From the NCBI GenBank assembly GCA_043228905.1, contig JBHGNT010000054.1, forward strand, positions 1-64,000: a stretch of DNA of 64,000 nt, written 5' to 3'. This DNA comes from Azolla caroliniana (lineage: Eukaryota > Plantae > Polypodiophyta). Positions 42,901-57,300 of the stretch are shown here, one piece after another. The position numbers and the translations under genes are program-made. A model generated the notes under the pieces. The model ran no database searches. It was not told the origin of the DNA and saw only the letters and a list, made by a program, of their open reading frames with translations. Within the stretch, counting starts at the first letter, position 1. Every line of letters starts with the position of its first letter.

Positions 42901-43969
42901 ATGGAATTAAAAAATAAAGATTTTGAAACTCAGGTCGAGAGACATGAAGAAAAAAGCAATTTTGAGGAAGGCGTCGACAAGAGCGCCACAATGAATGAAA
43001 ATGCTCATAGATTGCTCGTGTGATATCGGATTTTGTTGTTTAAACATGCGAATCGAAGGTAACGAATCTAGCCATGATATGGAATTAAAAAATCAAGATT
43101 TTCAAACTCAAGTCGAGAGACATGAAGGAAAAAGCAAATTTGAGGAAGGCGTAGACAAGAGCGCCTCACTTACTAAAAATGTTCATAGATGGCTCGTGTG
43201 ATATCGGATTTTGGTGTTTAAACATGCGAATCGATGGTAACGAAACTAGCCACGATATGGAATTGAAAAATCAAGATTTTGAAACTCAAGTCGAGAGACA
43301 TGAAGAAAAAAGCAATTTTGAGGAAGGCGTAGACAAGAGCGCCTCACTGACTGAAAATGTTCATAGATGGCTTGTGTGATATCGGATTTTGGTGTTTAAA
43401 CATGCGAATCGAAGGTAACGAATCTAGCCATGATATGGAATTAAAAAATCAAGATTTTGAAACTCAAGTCGAGAGACATGAAGAAAAAAGCAATTTTGAG
43501 GAAGGCGTAGACAAGAGCGCCTCACTGACTGAAAATGTTCCTAGATGGCTTGTGTGATATCGGATTTTGGTGTTTAAACCTGCGAATCGAAGGTAACGAA
43601 TATAGCCATGATATGGAATTGAAAAATCAAGATTTAAAAACTCAGGTCCAGAGACATGAAGTAAAAAGCAAATTTAAGGAAGCCGTCGACAAGAGCGCCA
43701 CAATGAATGAAAATACTAATAGATTCCTCGTGTGATATCGGATTTTGGTGTTTAAACATGGGAATTGAAGGTAACGAAACTAGCCATGATATGGAATAAA
43801 AAAATCAAGATTTTGAAACTCAAGTCGAGAGACATGAAGCAAAAAGCAATTTTGAGGAAGGCGTAGACAGGAGCGACACAATGAATGAAAATGTTCATAG
43901 ATGGCTCGTGTGATATCGTATTTTGGTGTTTAAACATGCGAATCGAAGGTAACGAATCTAGCCATGATA

Positions 43970-46900
43970 TGGATTTAAAAAATAAAGATTTTGATACTCA
44001 TATCGAGAGACATGAAGAAAAAAGCAAATTTTGAGGAAGGCGTAGACAAGAGCGCCTCACTGACTGAAAATGTTCCTAGATGGCTTCTGTGATATCGGAT
44101 TTTGGTGTTTAAACCTGCGAATCGAAGGTAACGAATATAGCCATGATATGGAATTGAAAAATCAAGATTTAAAAACTTTGGTCGAGAGACATGAAGTGAA
44201 AAGCAAATTTAAGGAAGGCATAGACAAGAGCACCTCAATGGATGAAAATGTTCATAGATTCCTCGTGTGATATCGGATTTTGGTGTTTAGACATGCGAAT
44301 CGAAGGTAACGAATCTAGTCATGATATAGATTTTAAAAATAAAGATTTTGAAACTCAGGTCGAGAGACATGAAGAAAAAAGCAATTTTGAGGAAGGTGTC
44401 GACAAGAGCGCCACAATGAATGAAAATGTTCATAGATTCCTCGTGTGATATCGGATTTTGGTGTTTAAACATGCGAATCGAAGGTAACGAATATAGCCAT
44501 GATATGGAATTGAAAAAATCAAGATTTAAAAACTCAGGTCAAGAGACATAAAGTAAAAAGCAAATTTAAGGAAGGTGTCGACAAGAGCGCCACAATGAAT
44601 GAAAATGCTCATAGATTGCTCGTGTGATATCGGATTTTGGTGTTTAAACATGCGAATCGAAGGTAACGAATATAGCCATGATATGGAATTGAAAAATCAA
44701 GATTTAAAAACTCTAGTCGAGAGACATGAAGTGAGAAGCAAATTTAAGGAAGGCGTAGACAAGAGCGCCTCAATGGATGAAAATGTTCATAGATTCCTCG
44801 TGTGATATCGGATTTTGGTCTTTAAACATGCGAATCAAAGGTAACGAATATAGCCATGATATGGAATTAAAAAATCAAGATTTTCAAACTCAAGTCGAGA
44901 GACATGAAGGAAAAAGCAAATTTGAGGAAGGCGTAGACAAGAGCGCCTCACTTACTAAAAATGTTCATAGATGGCTCGTGTGATATCGGATTTTGGTGTT
45001 TAAACATGCGAATCGAATGTAACGAATCTAGCCATCATATGGAATTAAAAAATAAAGAATTTGATACTCATATCGAGAGACATGAAGAAAAAAGCAATTT
45101 TGAGGTAGGCGTAGACAAGAGCGCCTCACTGACTAAAAATGTTCATAGATGGCTCGTTTGATATCGGATTTTGTTGTTTAAACATGCAAATCGAAGGTAA
45201 CGAAACTAGCCATGATATCGAATTGAAAAATCAAGATTTTGAAACTCAAGTCGAGAGACATGAAGAAAAAAGCAATTTTGAGGAAGGCGTAGACAAGAGC
45301 GCCTCACTGACTGAAAATGTTCCTAGATGGCTTGTGTGATATCGGATTTTGGTGTTTAAACTTGCGAATCGAAGGTAACGAATATAGCCATGATATGGAA
45401 TTGAAAAAATCAAGATTTAAAAACTCAGGTCGAGAGACATAAAGTAAAAAGCAAATTTAAGGAAGCCGTCGACAAGAGCGCCACAATGAATGAAAATGCT
45501 CATAGATTGCTCGTGTGATATCGGATTTTGGTGTTTAAACATGTGAATCGAAGGTAACGAATATAGCCATGAAATGGAATTGAAAAATCAAGATTTAAAA
45601 ACTCATGGTCGAGAGACATGAAGTGAAAAGCAAATTTAAGGAAGGCGTAGACAAGAGCGCCTCAATGGATGAAAATGTTCATAGATTCCTCGTGTGATAT
45701 CGGATTTTGGTGTTTAAACATGCGAATCGAAGGAAACGAATATAGCCATGATATGGAATTCAAAAATAAAGATTTTGAAACTCAGGTCGAGAGACATGAA
45801 GAAAAAAGCAATTTTGAGGAAGGCGTCGACAAGAGCGCCACAATGAATGAAAATGCTCATAGATTGCTCGTGTGATATCGGATTTTGGTGTTTAAACATG
45901 CGAATCGAAGGTAACGAATCTAGCCATGATATGGAATTAAAAAATCAAGATTTTCAAACTCAAGTCGAGAGACATGAAGAAAAAAGCAAATTTGAGGAAG
46001 GCGTAGACAAGAGCGCCTCACTTACTAAAAATGTTCATAGATGGCTCGTGTGATATCGGATTTTGGTGTTTAAACATGCGAATCGAAGGTAACGAAACTA
46101 GCCACGATATGGAATTGAAAAATCAAGATTTTGAAACTCAAGTCGAGAGACATGAAGAAAAAAGCAATTTTGAGGAAGGCGTAGACAAGAGCGCCTTACT
46201 GACTGAAAATGTTCATAGATGGCTTGTGTGATATCGGATTTTGGTGTTTAACCATGCGAATCGAAGGTAACGAATCTAGCCATGATATGGAATTAAAAAA
46301 TCAAGATTTTGAAACTCAAGTCGAGAGACATGAAGAAAAAAGCAATTTTGAGGAAGGCGTAGACAAGAGCGCCTCACTGACTGAAAATGTTCCTAGATGG
46401 CTTGTGTGATATCGGATTTTGGTGTTTAAACCTGCGAATCGAAGGTAACGAATATAGCCATGATATGGAATTGAAAAATCAAGATTTAAAAACACAGGTC
46501 CAGAGACATGAAGTAAAAAGCAAATTTAAGGAAGCCGTCGACAAGAGCGCCACAATGAATGAAAATGCTCATAGATTGCTCGTGTGATATCGGATTTTGG
46601 TGTTTAAACATGTGAATCGAAGGTAACGAATATAGCCATGAAATGGAATTGAAAAATCAAGATTTAAAAACTCAGGTCAAGAGACATAAAGTAAAAAGCA
46701 AATTTAAGGAAGGTGTCGACAAGAGCGCCACAATGAATGAAAATGCTCATAGATTGCTCGTGTGATATCGGATTTTGGTGTTTAAACATGCGAATCGAAG
46801 GTAACGAATATAGCCATGATATGGAATTGAAAAATCAAGATTTAAAAACTCTAGTCGAGAGACATGAAGTGAGAAGCAAATTTAAGGAAGGCGTAGACAA

Positions 46901-49900
46901 GAGCGCCTCAATGGATGAAAATGTTCATAGATTCCTCGTGTGATATCGGATTTTGGTGTTTAAACATGCGAATCGAAGGTAACGAATATAGCCATGATAT
47001 GGAATTAAAATATCAAGATTTTGAAACTCAGGTCGAGAGAAGTGAAGAAAAAAGCAATTTTGAGGAAGGCGTAGACAAGAGCGCCTCACTGACTGAAAAT
47101 GTTCATAGATAGCTTGTGTGATATCGGATTTTGGTGTTTAAACATGCGAATCGAAGGTAACGAATAAAGCCATGATATGGAATTGAAAAATCAAGATTTA
47201 AAAACTCAGGTCCAGAGACATAAAGAGAAAAGCAAATTTGAGGAAGGCATAGACAAGAGCGCCTCACTGAATGAAAATGTTCATAGATGGCTTGTGTGAT
47301 ATCGGATTTTGGTGTTTAAACATGCGAATCGAAGGTAACGAATATAGCCATGATATGGAATTGAAAAATCAAGATTTAAAAACTTTGGTCGAGAGACATG
47401 AAGTGAAAAGCAAATTTAAGGAAGGCATAGACAAGAGCACCTCAATGGATGAAAATGTTCATAGATTCCTCGTGTGATATCGGATTTTGGTGTTTAACCA
47501 TGCGAATCGAAGGTAACGAATCTAGTCATGATATGGAATTAAAAAATCAAGATTTTCAAACTCAAGTCGAGAGACATGAAGGAAAAAGCAAATTTGAGGA
47601 AGGCGTAGACAAGAGCGCCTCACTTACTAAAAATGTTCATAGATGGCTCGTGTGATATCGGATTTTGGTGTTTAAACATGCGAATCGAATGTAACGAATC
47701 TAGCCATCATATGAAATTAAAAAATAAAGAATTTGATACTCATATCGAGAGACATGAAGAAAAAAGCAATTTTGAGGTAGGCGTAGACAAGAGCGCCTCA
47801 CTGACTAAAAATGTTCATAGATGGCTCGTTTGATATCGGATTTTGTTGTTTAAACATGCAAATCGAAGGTAACGAAACTAGCCATGATATCGAATTGAAA
47901 AATCAAGATTTTGAAACTCAAGTCGAGAGACATGAAGAAAAAAGCAATTTTGAGGAAGGCGTAGACAAGAGCGCCTCACTGACTGAAAATGTTCCTAGAT
48001 GGCTTGTGTGATATCGGATTTTGGTGTTTAAACTTGCGAATCGAAGGTAACGAATATAGCCATGATATGGAATTGAAAAAATCAAGATTTAAAAACTCAG
48101 GTCGAGAGACATAAAGTAAAAAGCAAATTTAAGGAAGCCGTCGACAAGAGCGCCACAATGAATGAAAATGCTCATAGATTGCTCGTGTGATATCGGATTT
48201 TGGTGTTTAAACATGTGAATCGAAGGTAACGAATATAGCCATGAAATGGAATTGAAAAATCAAGATTTAAAAACTCATGGTCGAGAGACATGAAGTGAAA
48301 AGCAAATTTAAGGAAGGCGTAGACAAGAGCGCCTCAATGGATGAAAATGTTCATAGATTCCTCGTGTGATATCGGATTTTGGTGTTTAAACATGCGAATC
48401 GAAGGTAACGAATATAGCCATGATATGGAATTAAAAAATAAAGATTTTGAAACTCAGGTCGAGAGACATGAAGAAAAAAGCAATTTTGAGGAAGGCGTCG
48501 ACAAGAGCGCCACAATGAATGAAAATGCTCATAGATTGCTCGTGTGATATCGGATTTTGGTGTTTAAACATGCGAATCGAAGGTAACGAATCTAGCCATG
48601 ATATGGAATTAAAAAATCAAGATTTTCAAACTCAAGTCGAGAGACATGAAGAAAAAAGCAAATTTGAGGAAGGCGTAGACAAGAGCGCCTCACTTACTAA
48701 AAATGTTCATAGATGGCTCGTGTGATATCGGATTTTGGTGTTTAAACATGCGAATCGAAGGTAACGAAACTAGCCACGATATGGAATTGAAAAATCAAGA
48801 TTTTGAAACTCAAGTCGAGAGACATGAAGAAAAAAGCAATTTTGAGGAAGGCGTAGACAAGAGCGCCTCACTGACTGAAAATCTTCATAGATGGCTTGTG
48901 TGATATCGGATTTTGGTGTTTAAACATGCGAATCGAAGGTAACGAATCTAGCCATGATATGGAATTAAAAAATCAAGATTTTGAAACTCAAGTCGAGAGA
49001 CATGAAGAAAAAAGCAATTTTGAGGAAGGCGTAGACAAGAGCGCCTCACTGAGTGAAAATGTTCCTAGATGGCTTGTGTGATATCGGATTTTGGTGTTTA
49101 AACCTGCGAATCGAAGGTAACGAATATAGCCATGATATGGAATTGAAAAATCAAGATTTAAAAACACAGGTCCAGAGACATGAAGTAAAAAGCAAATTTA
49201 AGGAAGCCGTCGACAAGAGCGCCACAATGAATGAAAATACTAATAGATTCCTCGTGTGATATCGGATTTTGGTGTTTAAACATGGGAATTGAAGGTAACG
49301 AAACTAGCCATGATATGGAATAAAAAAATCAAGATTTAAAAACTCAGGTCAAGAGACATGAAGCAAAAAGCAATTTTGAGTAAGGCGTCGACAAGAGCGA
49401 CTCAATGAATGAAAATGTTCATAGATGGCTCGTGTGATATCGTATTTTGGTGTTTAAACATGCGAATCGAAGGTAACGAATCTAGCCATGATATGGATTT
49501 AAAAAATAAAGATTTTGATACTCATATCGAGAGACATGAAGAAAAAAGCAAATTTGAGGAAGGCGTAGACAAGAGCGCCTCACTGACTGAAAATGTTCCT
49601 AGATGGCTTGTGTGATATCGGATTTTGGTGTTTAAACATGCGAATCGAAGGTAACGAATATAGCCATGATATGGAATTAAAATATCAAGATTTTGAAACT
49701 CAGGTCGAGAGAAGTGAAGAAAAAAGCAATTTTGAGGAAGGCGTAGACAAGAGCGCCTCACTGACTGAAAATGTTCATAGATAGCTTGTGTGATATCGGA
49801 TTTTGGTGTTTAAACATGCGAATCGAAGGTAACGAATAAAGCCATGATATGGAATTGAAAAATCAAGATTTAAAAACTCAGGTCCAGAGACATAAAGAGA

Positions 49901-51555
49901 AAAGCAAATTTGAGGAAGGCATAGACAAGAGCGCCTCACTGAATGAAAATGTTCATAGATGGCTTGTGTGATATCGGATTTTGGTGTTTAAACATGCGAA
50001 TCGAAGGTAACGAATATAGCCATGATATGGAATTGAAAAATCAAGATTTAAAAACTTTGGTCGAGAGACATGAAGTGAAAAGCAAATTTAAGGAAGGCAT
50101 AGACAAGAGCACCTCAATGGATGAAAATGTTCATAGATTCCTCGTGTGATATCGGATTTTGGTGTTTAAACGTGCGAATCGAAGGTAACGAATCTAGTCA
50201 TGATATGGATTTAAAAAATAAAGATTTTGAAACTCAGGTCGAGAGACATGAAGAAAAAAGCAATTTTAAGGAAGGCGTCGACAAGAGCGCCACAATGAAT
50301 GAAAATGTTCATAGATTCCTCGTGTGATGTCGGATTTTGGTGTTTAAACATGCGAATCGAAGGTAACGAATATAGCCATGATATGGAATTGAAAAAATCA
50401 AGATTTAAAAACTCAGGTCGAGAGACATAAAGTAAAAAGCAAATTTAAGGAAGGTGTCGACAAGAGCGCCACCATGAATGAAAATGCTCATAGATTGCTC
50501 GTGTGATATCGGATTTTGGTGTTTAAACATGCGAATCGAAGGTAACGAATATAGCCATGATATGGAATTGAAAAATCAAGATTTAAAAACTCTAGTCGAG
50601 AGACATGAAGTGAGAAGCAAATTTAAGGAAGACGTAGACAAGAGCGCCTCAATGGATGAAAATGTTCATAGATTGCTCGTGTGATATCGGATTTTGGTGT
50701 TTAAACATGCGAATCAAAGGTAACGAATATAGCCATGATATGGAATTAAAAAATCAAGATTTTCAAACTCAAGTCGAGAGACATGAAGGAAAAAGCAAAT
50801 TTGAGGAAGGCGTAGACAAGAGCGCCTCACTTACTAAAAATGTTCATAGATGGCTCGTGTGATATCGGATTTTGGTGTTTAAACATGCGAATCGAAGGTA
50901 ACGAATCTAGCCATCATATGGAATTAAAAAATAAAGAATTTGATACTCATATCGAGAGACATGAAGAAAAAAGAAATTTTGAGGTAGGCGTAGACAAGAG
51001 CGCCTCACTGACTAAAAATGTTCATAGATGGCTCGTTTGATATCGGATTTTGGTGTTTAAACATGCAAATCGAAGGTAACGAATATAGCCACGACATGGA
51101 ATTGAAAAATCAAGATTTTGAAACTCAAATCGAGAGACATGAAGAAAAAAGCAATTTTGAGGAAGGCGTAGACAAGAGCGCCTCAGTGACTGAAAATGTT
51201 CCTAGATGGCTTGTGTGATATCGGATTTTGGTGTTTAAACCTGCGAATCGAAGGTAACGAATATAGCCATGATATGGAATTAAAAAATCAAGATTTTGAA
51301 ACTCAGGTCCAGAGACATGAAGTAAAAAGCAAATTTAAAGAAGCCGTCGACAAGAGCGCCACAATGAATGAAAATGTTAATAGATTCCTCGTGTGATATC
51401 GGATTTTGGTGTTTAAACATGCGAATCGAAGGTAACGAAACTAGCCATGATATGGAATAAAAAAATCAAGATTTTGAAACTCAAGTCGAGAGACATGAAG
51501 CAAAAAGCAATTTTGAGGAAGGCGTAGACAAGAGCGACTCAATGAATGAAAATGT
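43970..51555 (+). repeat. Long-range direct copy of ~13600-22420 (offsets 30360/29113, 28601, 29135)
   Basis: ORF pairs 13710/44070, 13882/44242, 14239/44599; 17430/46031, 17786/46387, 18136/46737; 18498/47633, 20274/49409, 20458/49593, 20986/50121, 21705/50840, 21883/51018, 22061/51196. Shared private variants AAACGTGCG, GCCACCATG, AAAAGAAATTTT, CTCAGTGAC, AGATAGCTT. Confidence 0.9.
44850..50200 (+). repeat. 15-monomer HOR (offset 2672), two imperfect copies
   Basis: ORF pairs 44961/47633, 45139/47811, 45669/48341, 45847/48519, 46031/48703, 47271/49943, and premature stops at 47112/49784; 2672 = 15x178+2. Confidence 0.85.
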
Positions 51556-54210
51556 TCATAGATTCCTCGTGTGATATCGGATTTTGGTGTTTAAACATGC
51601 GAATCGAAGGTAACGAATCTAGCCATGATATGAAATTAAAAAATAAAGATTTTGATACTCATATCGAGAGACATGAAGAAAAAAACAATTTTGAGGAAGG
51701 CGTAGACAAGAGCGCCTCACTGACTGAATATGTTCATAGATGGCTCGTGTGATATCGGATTTTGGTGTTGAAACATGCGAATCGAAGGTAACGAATATAG
51801 CCATGATATGGAATTGAAAAATCAAGATTTAAAAACTCTGGTCGAGAGACATAAAGAAAAAAGCAATTTTGAGGAAGGCGTAGACAAGAGCGCCTCACTG
51901 ACTGAAAATGTTCCTAGATGGCTTGTGTGATATCGGATTTTGGTGTTTAAACCTGCGAATCGAAGGTAACGAATATAGCCATGATATGGAATTGAAAAAT
52001 CAAGATTTAAAAACTCAGGTCCAAAGACATGAAGTAAAAAGCAAATTTAAGGAAGCCGTCGACAAGAGCGCCACAATGAATGAAAATGTTCCTAGATGGC
52101 TTGTGTGATATCGGATTTTGGTGTTTAAACCTGCGAATCGAAGGTAACGAATATAGCCATGATATGGAATTGAAAAATCAAGATTTAAAAACTCAGGTCC
52201 AGAGACATGAAGTAAAAAGCAAATTTAAGAAAGCCGTCGACAAGAGCGCCTCAATGGATGAAAATGTTCATAGATTCCTCGTGTGATATCGGATTTTGGT
52301 GTTTAAACATGCGAATCGAAGGTAACGAATATAGCCATGATATGGAATTGAAAAAATCAAGATTTAAAAACTCAGGTCGAGAGACATAAAGTAAAAAGCA
52401 AATTTAAGGAAGGTGTCGACAAGAGCGCCACAATGAATGAAAATGCTCATAGATTGCTCGTGTGATATCGGATTTTGGTGTTTAAACATGCGAATCGAAG
52501 GTAACGAATCTAGCCATGATATGGAATTAAAAAATCAAGATTTTCAAACTCAAGTCGAGAGACATGAAGGAAAAAGCAAATTTGAGGAAGGCGTAGACAA
52601 GAGCGCCTCACTTACTAAAAATGTTCATAGATGGCTCGTGTGATATCGGATTTTGGTGTTTAAACATGCGAATCGAAGGTAACGAATCTAGCCATGATAT
52701 GGAATTAAAAAATAAAGAATTTGATACTCATATCGAGAGACATGAAGAAAAAAGCAATTTTGAGGTAGGCGTAGACAAGAGCGCCTCACTGACTAAAAAT
52801 GTTCATAGATGGCTCGTGTGATATTGGATTTTGGTGTTTAAACATGCAAATCGAAGGTAACGAAACTAGCCATGATATCGAATTAAAAAATCAAGATTTT
52901 GCAACTCAGGTCGAGAGACATGAAGAAAAAAGCAATTTTGAGGAAGGCATAGACAAGAGCGCCTCACTGACTTAAAATGTTCCTAGATGGCTTGTGTGAT
53001 ATCGGATTTTGGTGTTTAAACATGCGAATCGAAGGTAACGAATATAGCCATGATATGGAATTGAAAAATCAAGATTTAAAAACTCTGGTCGAGAGACATG
53101 AAGTGAAAAGCAAATTTAAGGAAGGCGTAGACAAGAGCGCCTCAATGGATGAAAATGTTCATAGATTCCTCGTGTGATATCGGATTTTGGTGTTTAAACA
53201 TGCGAATCGAAGGTAACGAATATAGCCATGATATGGAATTGAAAAATCAAGATTTAAAAACTCAGGTCCAGAGACATGAAGTAAAAAGCAAATTTAAGGA
53301 AGCCGTCGACAAGAGCGCCACAATGAATGAAAATGTTAATAGATTCCTCGTGTGATATCGGATTTTGGTGTTTAAACATGCGAATCGAAGGTAACGAAAC
53401 AAGCCATGATATGGAATTAAAAAATCAAGATTTTGAAACTCAAGTCGAGAGACATGAAGGAAAAAGCCATTTTGAGGAAGGCGTAGACAAGAGCGCCTCA
53501 ATGAATGAAAATGTTCATAGATTCCTCGTGTGATATCGGATTTTGGTGTTTAAACATGCGAATCGAAGGTAACGAATCTAGCCATGATATGAAATTAAAA
53601 AATAAAGATTTTGATACTCATATCGAGAGACATGAAGAAAAAAGCAATTTTGAGGAAGGCGTAGACAAGAGCGCCTCACTGACTGAATATGTTCATAGAT
53701 GGCTCGTGTGATATCGGATTTTGGTGTTGAAACATGCGAATCGAAGGTAACGAATATAGCCATGATATGGAATTGAAAAATCAAGATTTAAAAACTCTGG
53801 TCGAGAGACATAAAGAAAAAAGCAATTTTGAGGAAGGCGTAGACAAGAGCGCCTCACTGACTGAAAATGTTCCTAGATGGCTTGTGTGATATCGGATTTT
53901 GGTGTTTAAACCTGCGAATCAAAGGTAACGAATATAGCCATGATATGGAATTGAAAAATCAAGATTTAAAAACTCTGGTCCAGAGACATGAAGTAAAAAG
54001 CAAATTTAAGGAAGCCGTCGACAAGAGCGCCACAATGAATGAAAATGTTCCTAGATGGCTCGTGTGATATCGGATTTTGGTGTTTAAACCTGCGAATCGA
54101 AGGTAACGAATATAGCCATGATATGGAATTGAAAAATCAAGATTTAAAAACTCAGGTCCAGAGACATGAAGTAAAAAGCAAATTTAAGGAAGCCGTCGAC
54201 AAGAGCGCCT
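51540..54210 (+). repeat. Partial 11-monomer repeat (offset 1959): ~51540-52250 repeated at ~53500-54210
   Basis: ORF pairs 51546/53505, 51619/53578 (minus), 51908/53867, 52080/54039; private variant GGTGTTGAAAC at ~51765 and ~53724. Confidence 0.85.
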
Positions 54211-54399
54211 CACTGACTAAAAATGTTCATAGATGGCTCGTGTGATATCGGGTTTTGGTGTTTAAACATGCGAATTGAAGGTAACGAATATAGCCATGAT
54301 ATGGAATTGAAAAATCAAGATTTAAAAACTCAGGTCGAGAGACATAAAGTAAAAATAAAATTTAAGGAAGGCGTCGACAAGAGCGCCTCAATGGATGAA

Positions 54400-57300
54400 A
54401 AGGTTCATAGATTCCTCGTGTGATATCGGATTTTGGTGTTTAAACATGCGAATCGAAGGTAACGAATCTAGCCATGATATGGAATTAAAAAATCAAGATT
54501 TTGAAACTCAAGTCAAGATACATGACGAAAACAGCAATTTTGAGGAAGGCGTAGACAAAAGCGCCTCACTGACTGAATATGTTCATAGATTCCTCGTGTG
54601 ATATCGGATTTTGGTGTTTAAACATGCGAATCCAAGGTATCGAATCTAGCCATGATATGGAATTAAAAAATCAAGATTTTGAAACTCAAGCCAAGATACA
54701 TGACGAAAACAAGAATTTTGAGGAAGGCGTAGACAAGAGCGCCTCAATGAGTAAAAATTTTCATAGATGGCTTGTGTGATATCGGATTTTGGTGTTTAAA
54801 CATGTGAATCGAAGGTAACGAATATAGCAATGATATGGAATTAAAAAATAAACATTTTGATACTCATATCGAGAGACAGGAAGAAAAAAGCAATTTTGAG
54901 GTAGGCGTAGACAAGAGCGCCTCACTGACTAAAAATGTTCATAGATGGCTCGTGTGATATCGAAATTTGGTGTTTAAACATGCAAATCGAAGGTAACGAA
55001 ACTAGCCATGATATCGAATTAAAAAATCAAGATTTTGCAACTCAGGTCGAGAGACATGAAGAAAAAAGCAATTTTGAGGAAGGCGTAGACAAGAGCGCCT
55101 CACTGACTGAAAATGTGCATAGATGGCTCGTGTGATATCGAATTTTGGTGTTTAAACATGCAAATCGAAGGTAACGAAACTAGCCATGATATTGAATTAA
55201 AAAATCAAGATTTTGCAACTCAGGTCGAGAGACATGAAGAAAAAAGCAATTTTGAGGAAGGCGTAGACAAGAGCGCCTCACTGACTGAAAATGTTCATAG
55301 ATGGCTTGTGTGATATCGGATTTTGGTGTATAAACATGCGAATCGAAGGTAACGAATATAGCCACGACATGGAATTGAAAAATCAAGATTTTGAAACTCA
55401 AGTCGAGAGACATGAAGAAAAAAGCAATTTTGAGGAAGGCGTAGACAAGACCGCCTCACTGACTGAAACTGTTCATAGATGGCTCGTGTGATATCGGATT
55501 TTGGTGTTTAAACATGAAAATCGAAGGTAACGAATATAGCCATGATATGGAATTGAAAAATCAAGATTTAAAAACTCTGGTCGAGAGACATAAAGAAAAA
55601 AGCAATTTTGAGGAAGGCGTAGACAAGAGCGCCTAACTGACTGAAAATGTTCCTACATGGCTTGTGTGATATCGGATTTTGGTGTTTAAACATGCGAATC
55701 GAAGGTAACGAAACTAGCCATGATATCGAATTAAAAAATCAAGATTTTGCAACTCAGGTCGAGAGACATGAAGAAAAAAGCAATTTTGAGGAAGGCGTAG
55801 ACAAGAGCGCCTCACTGACTGAAAATGTTCATAGATGGCTTGTGTGATATCGGATTTTGGTGTTTAAACATGCGAATCGAAGGTAACGAATAAAGCCATG
55901 ATATGGAATTGAAAAATCAAGATTTAAAAACTCAGGTCCAGAGACATAAAGAGAAAAGCAAATTTGAGGAAGGCGTAGACAAGAGCGCCTCACTGAATGA
56001 AAATGTTCATAGATGGCTTGTGTGATATCGGATTTTGGTGTTTAAACATGCGAATCGAAGGTAACGAATATAGCCATGATATGGAATTGAAAAATCAAGA
56101 TTTAAGAACTTTGGTCGAGAGACATGAAGTGAAAAGCAAATTTAAGGAAGGCATAGACAAGAGCGCCTCAATGGATGAAAATGTTCATAGATTCCTCGTG
56201 TGATATCGGATTTTGGTGTTTAAACATGCGAATCGAAGGTAACGAATATAGCCATGATATAGAATTGAAAAAATCAAGATTTAAAAACTCAGGTCGAGAG
56301 ACATAAAGTAAAAAGCAAATTTAAGGAAGGTGTCGACAAGAGCGCCACAATGAATGAAAATGCTCATAGATTGCTCGTGTGATATCGGATTTTGGTGTTT
56401 AAACATGCGAATCGAAGGTAACGAATATAGCCATGATATGGAATTGAAAAATAAAGATTTAAAAACTCTGGTCGAGAGACATGAAGTGAAAAGCAAATTT
56501 AAGGAAGGCGTAGACAAGAGCGCCTCAATGGATGAAAATGTTCATAGATTCCTCGTGTGATATCGGATTTTGGTGTTTAAACATGCGAATCGAAGGTAAC
56601 GAATCTAGCCATGATATGGAATTAAAAAATCAAGATTTTGAAACTCAAGTCAAGATACATGACGAAAACAGCAATTTTGAGGAAGGCGTAGACAAAAGCG
56701 CCTCACTGACTGAATATGTTCATAGATTCCTCGTGTGATATCGGATTTTGGTGTTTAAACATGCGAATCCAAGGTATCGAATCTAGCCATGATATGGAAT
56801 TAAAAAATCAAGATTTTGAAACTCAAGCCAAGATACATGACGAAAACAAGAATTTTGAGGAAGGCGTAGACAAGAGCGCCTCAATGAGTAAAAATGTTCA
56901 TAGATGGCTTGTGTGATATCGGATTTTGGTGTTTAAACATGTGAATCGAAGGTAACGAATATAGCAATGATATGGAATTAAAAAATAAACATTTTGATAC
57001 TCATATCGAGAGACATGAAGAAAAAAGCAATTTTGAGGTAGGCGTAGACAAGAGCGCCTCACTGACTAAAAATGTTCATAGATGGCTCGTGTGATATCGA
57101 ATTTTGGTGTTTAAACATGCAAATCGAAGGTAACGAAACTAGCCATGATATCGAATTAAAAAATCAAGATTTTGCAACTCAGGTCGAGAGACATGAAGAA
57201 AAAAGCAATTTTGAGGAAGGCGTAGACAAGAGCGCCTCACTGACTGAAAATGTTCATAGATGGCTTGTGTGATATCGGATTTTGGTGTTTAAACATGCGA

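Larger units (their letters stand above)
35056..43973 (+). repeat. 27-monomer HOR (period 4761 bp): ~35056-39212 repeated at ~39817-43973
   Basis: ORF pairs 35566/40327 through 38774/43535 and minus-strand 38991/43752 all at offset 4761 = 27x178-52+7; private variants ATCGATGGT and GACAGGAGCGACAC in both copies. Confidence 0.94.
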
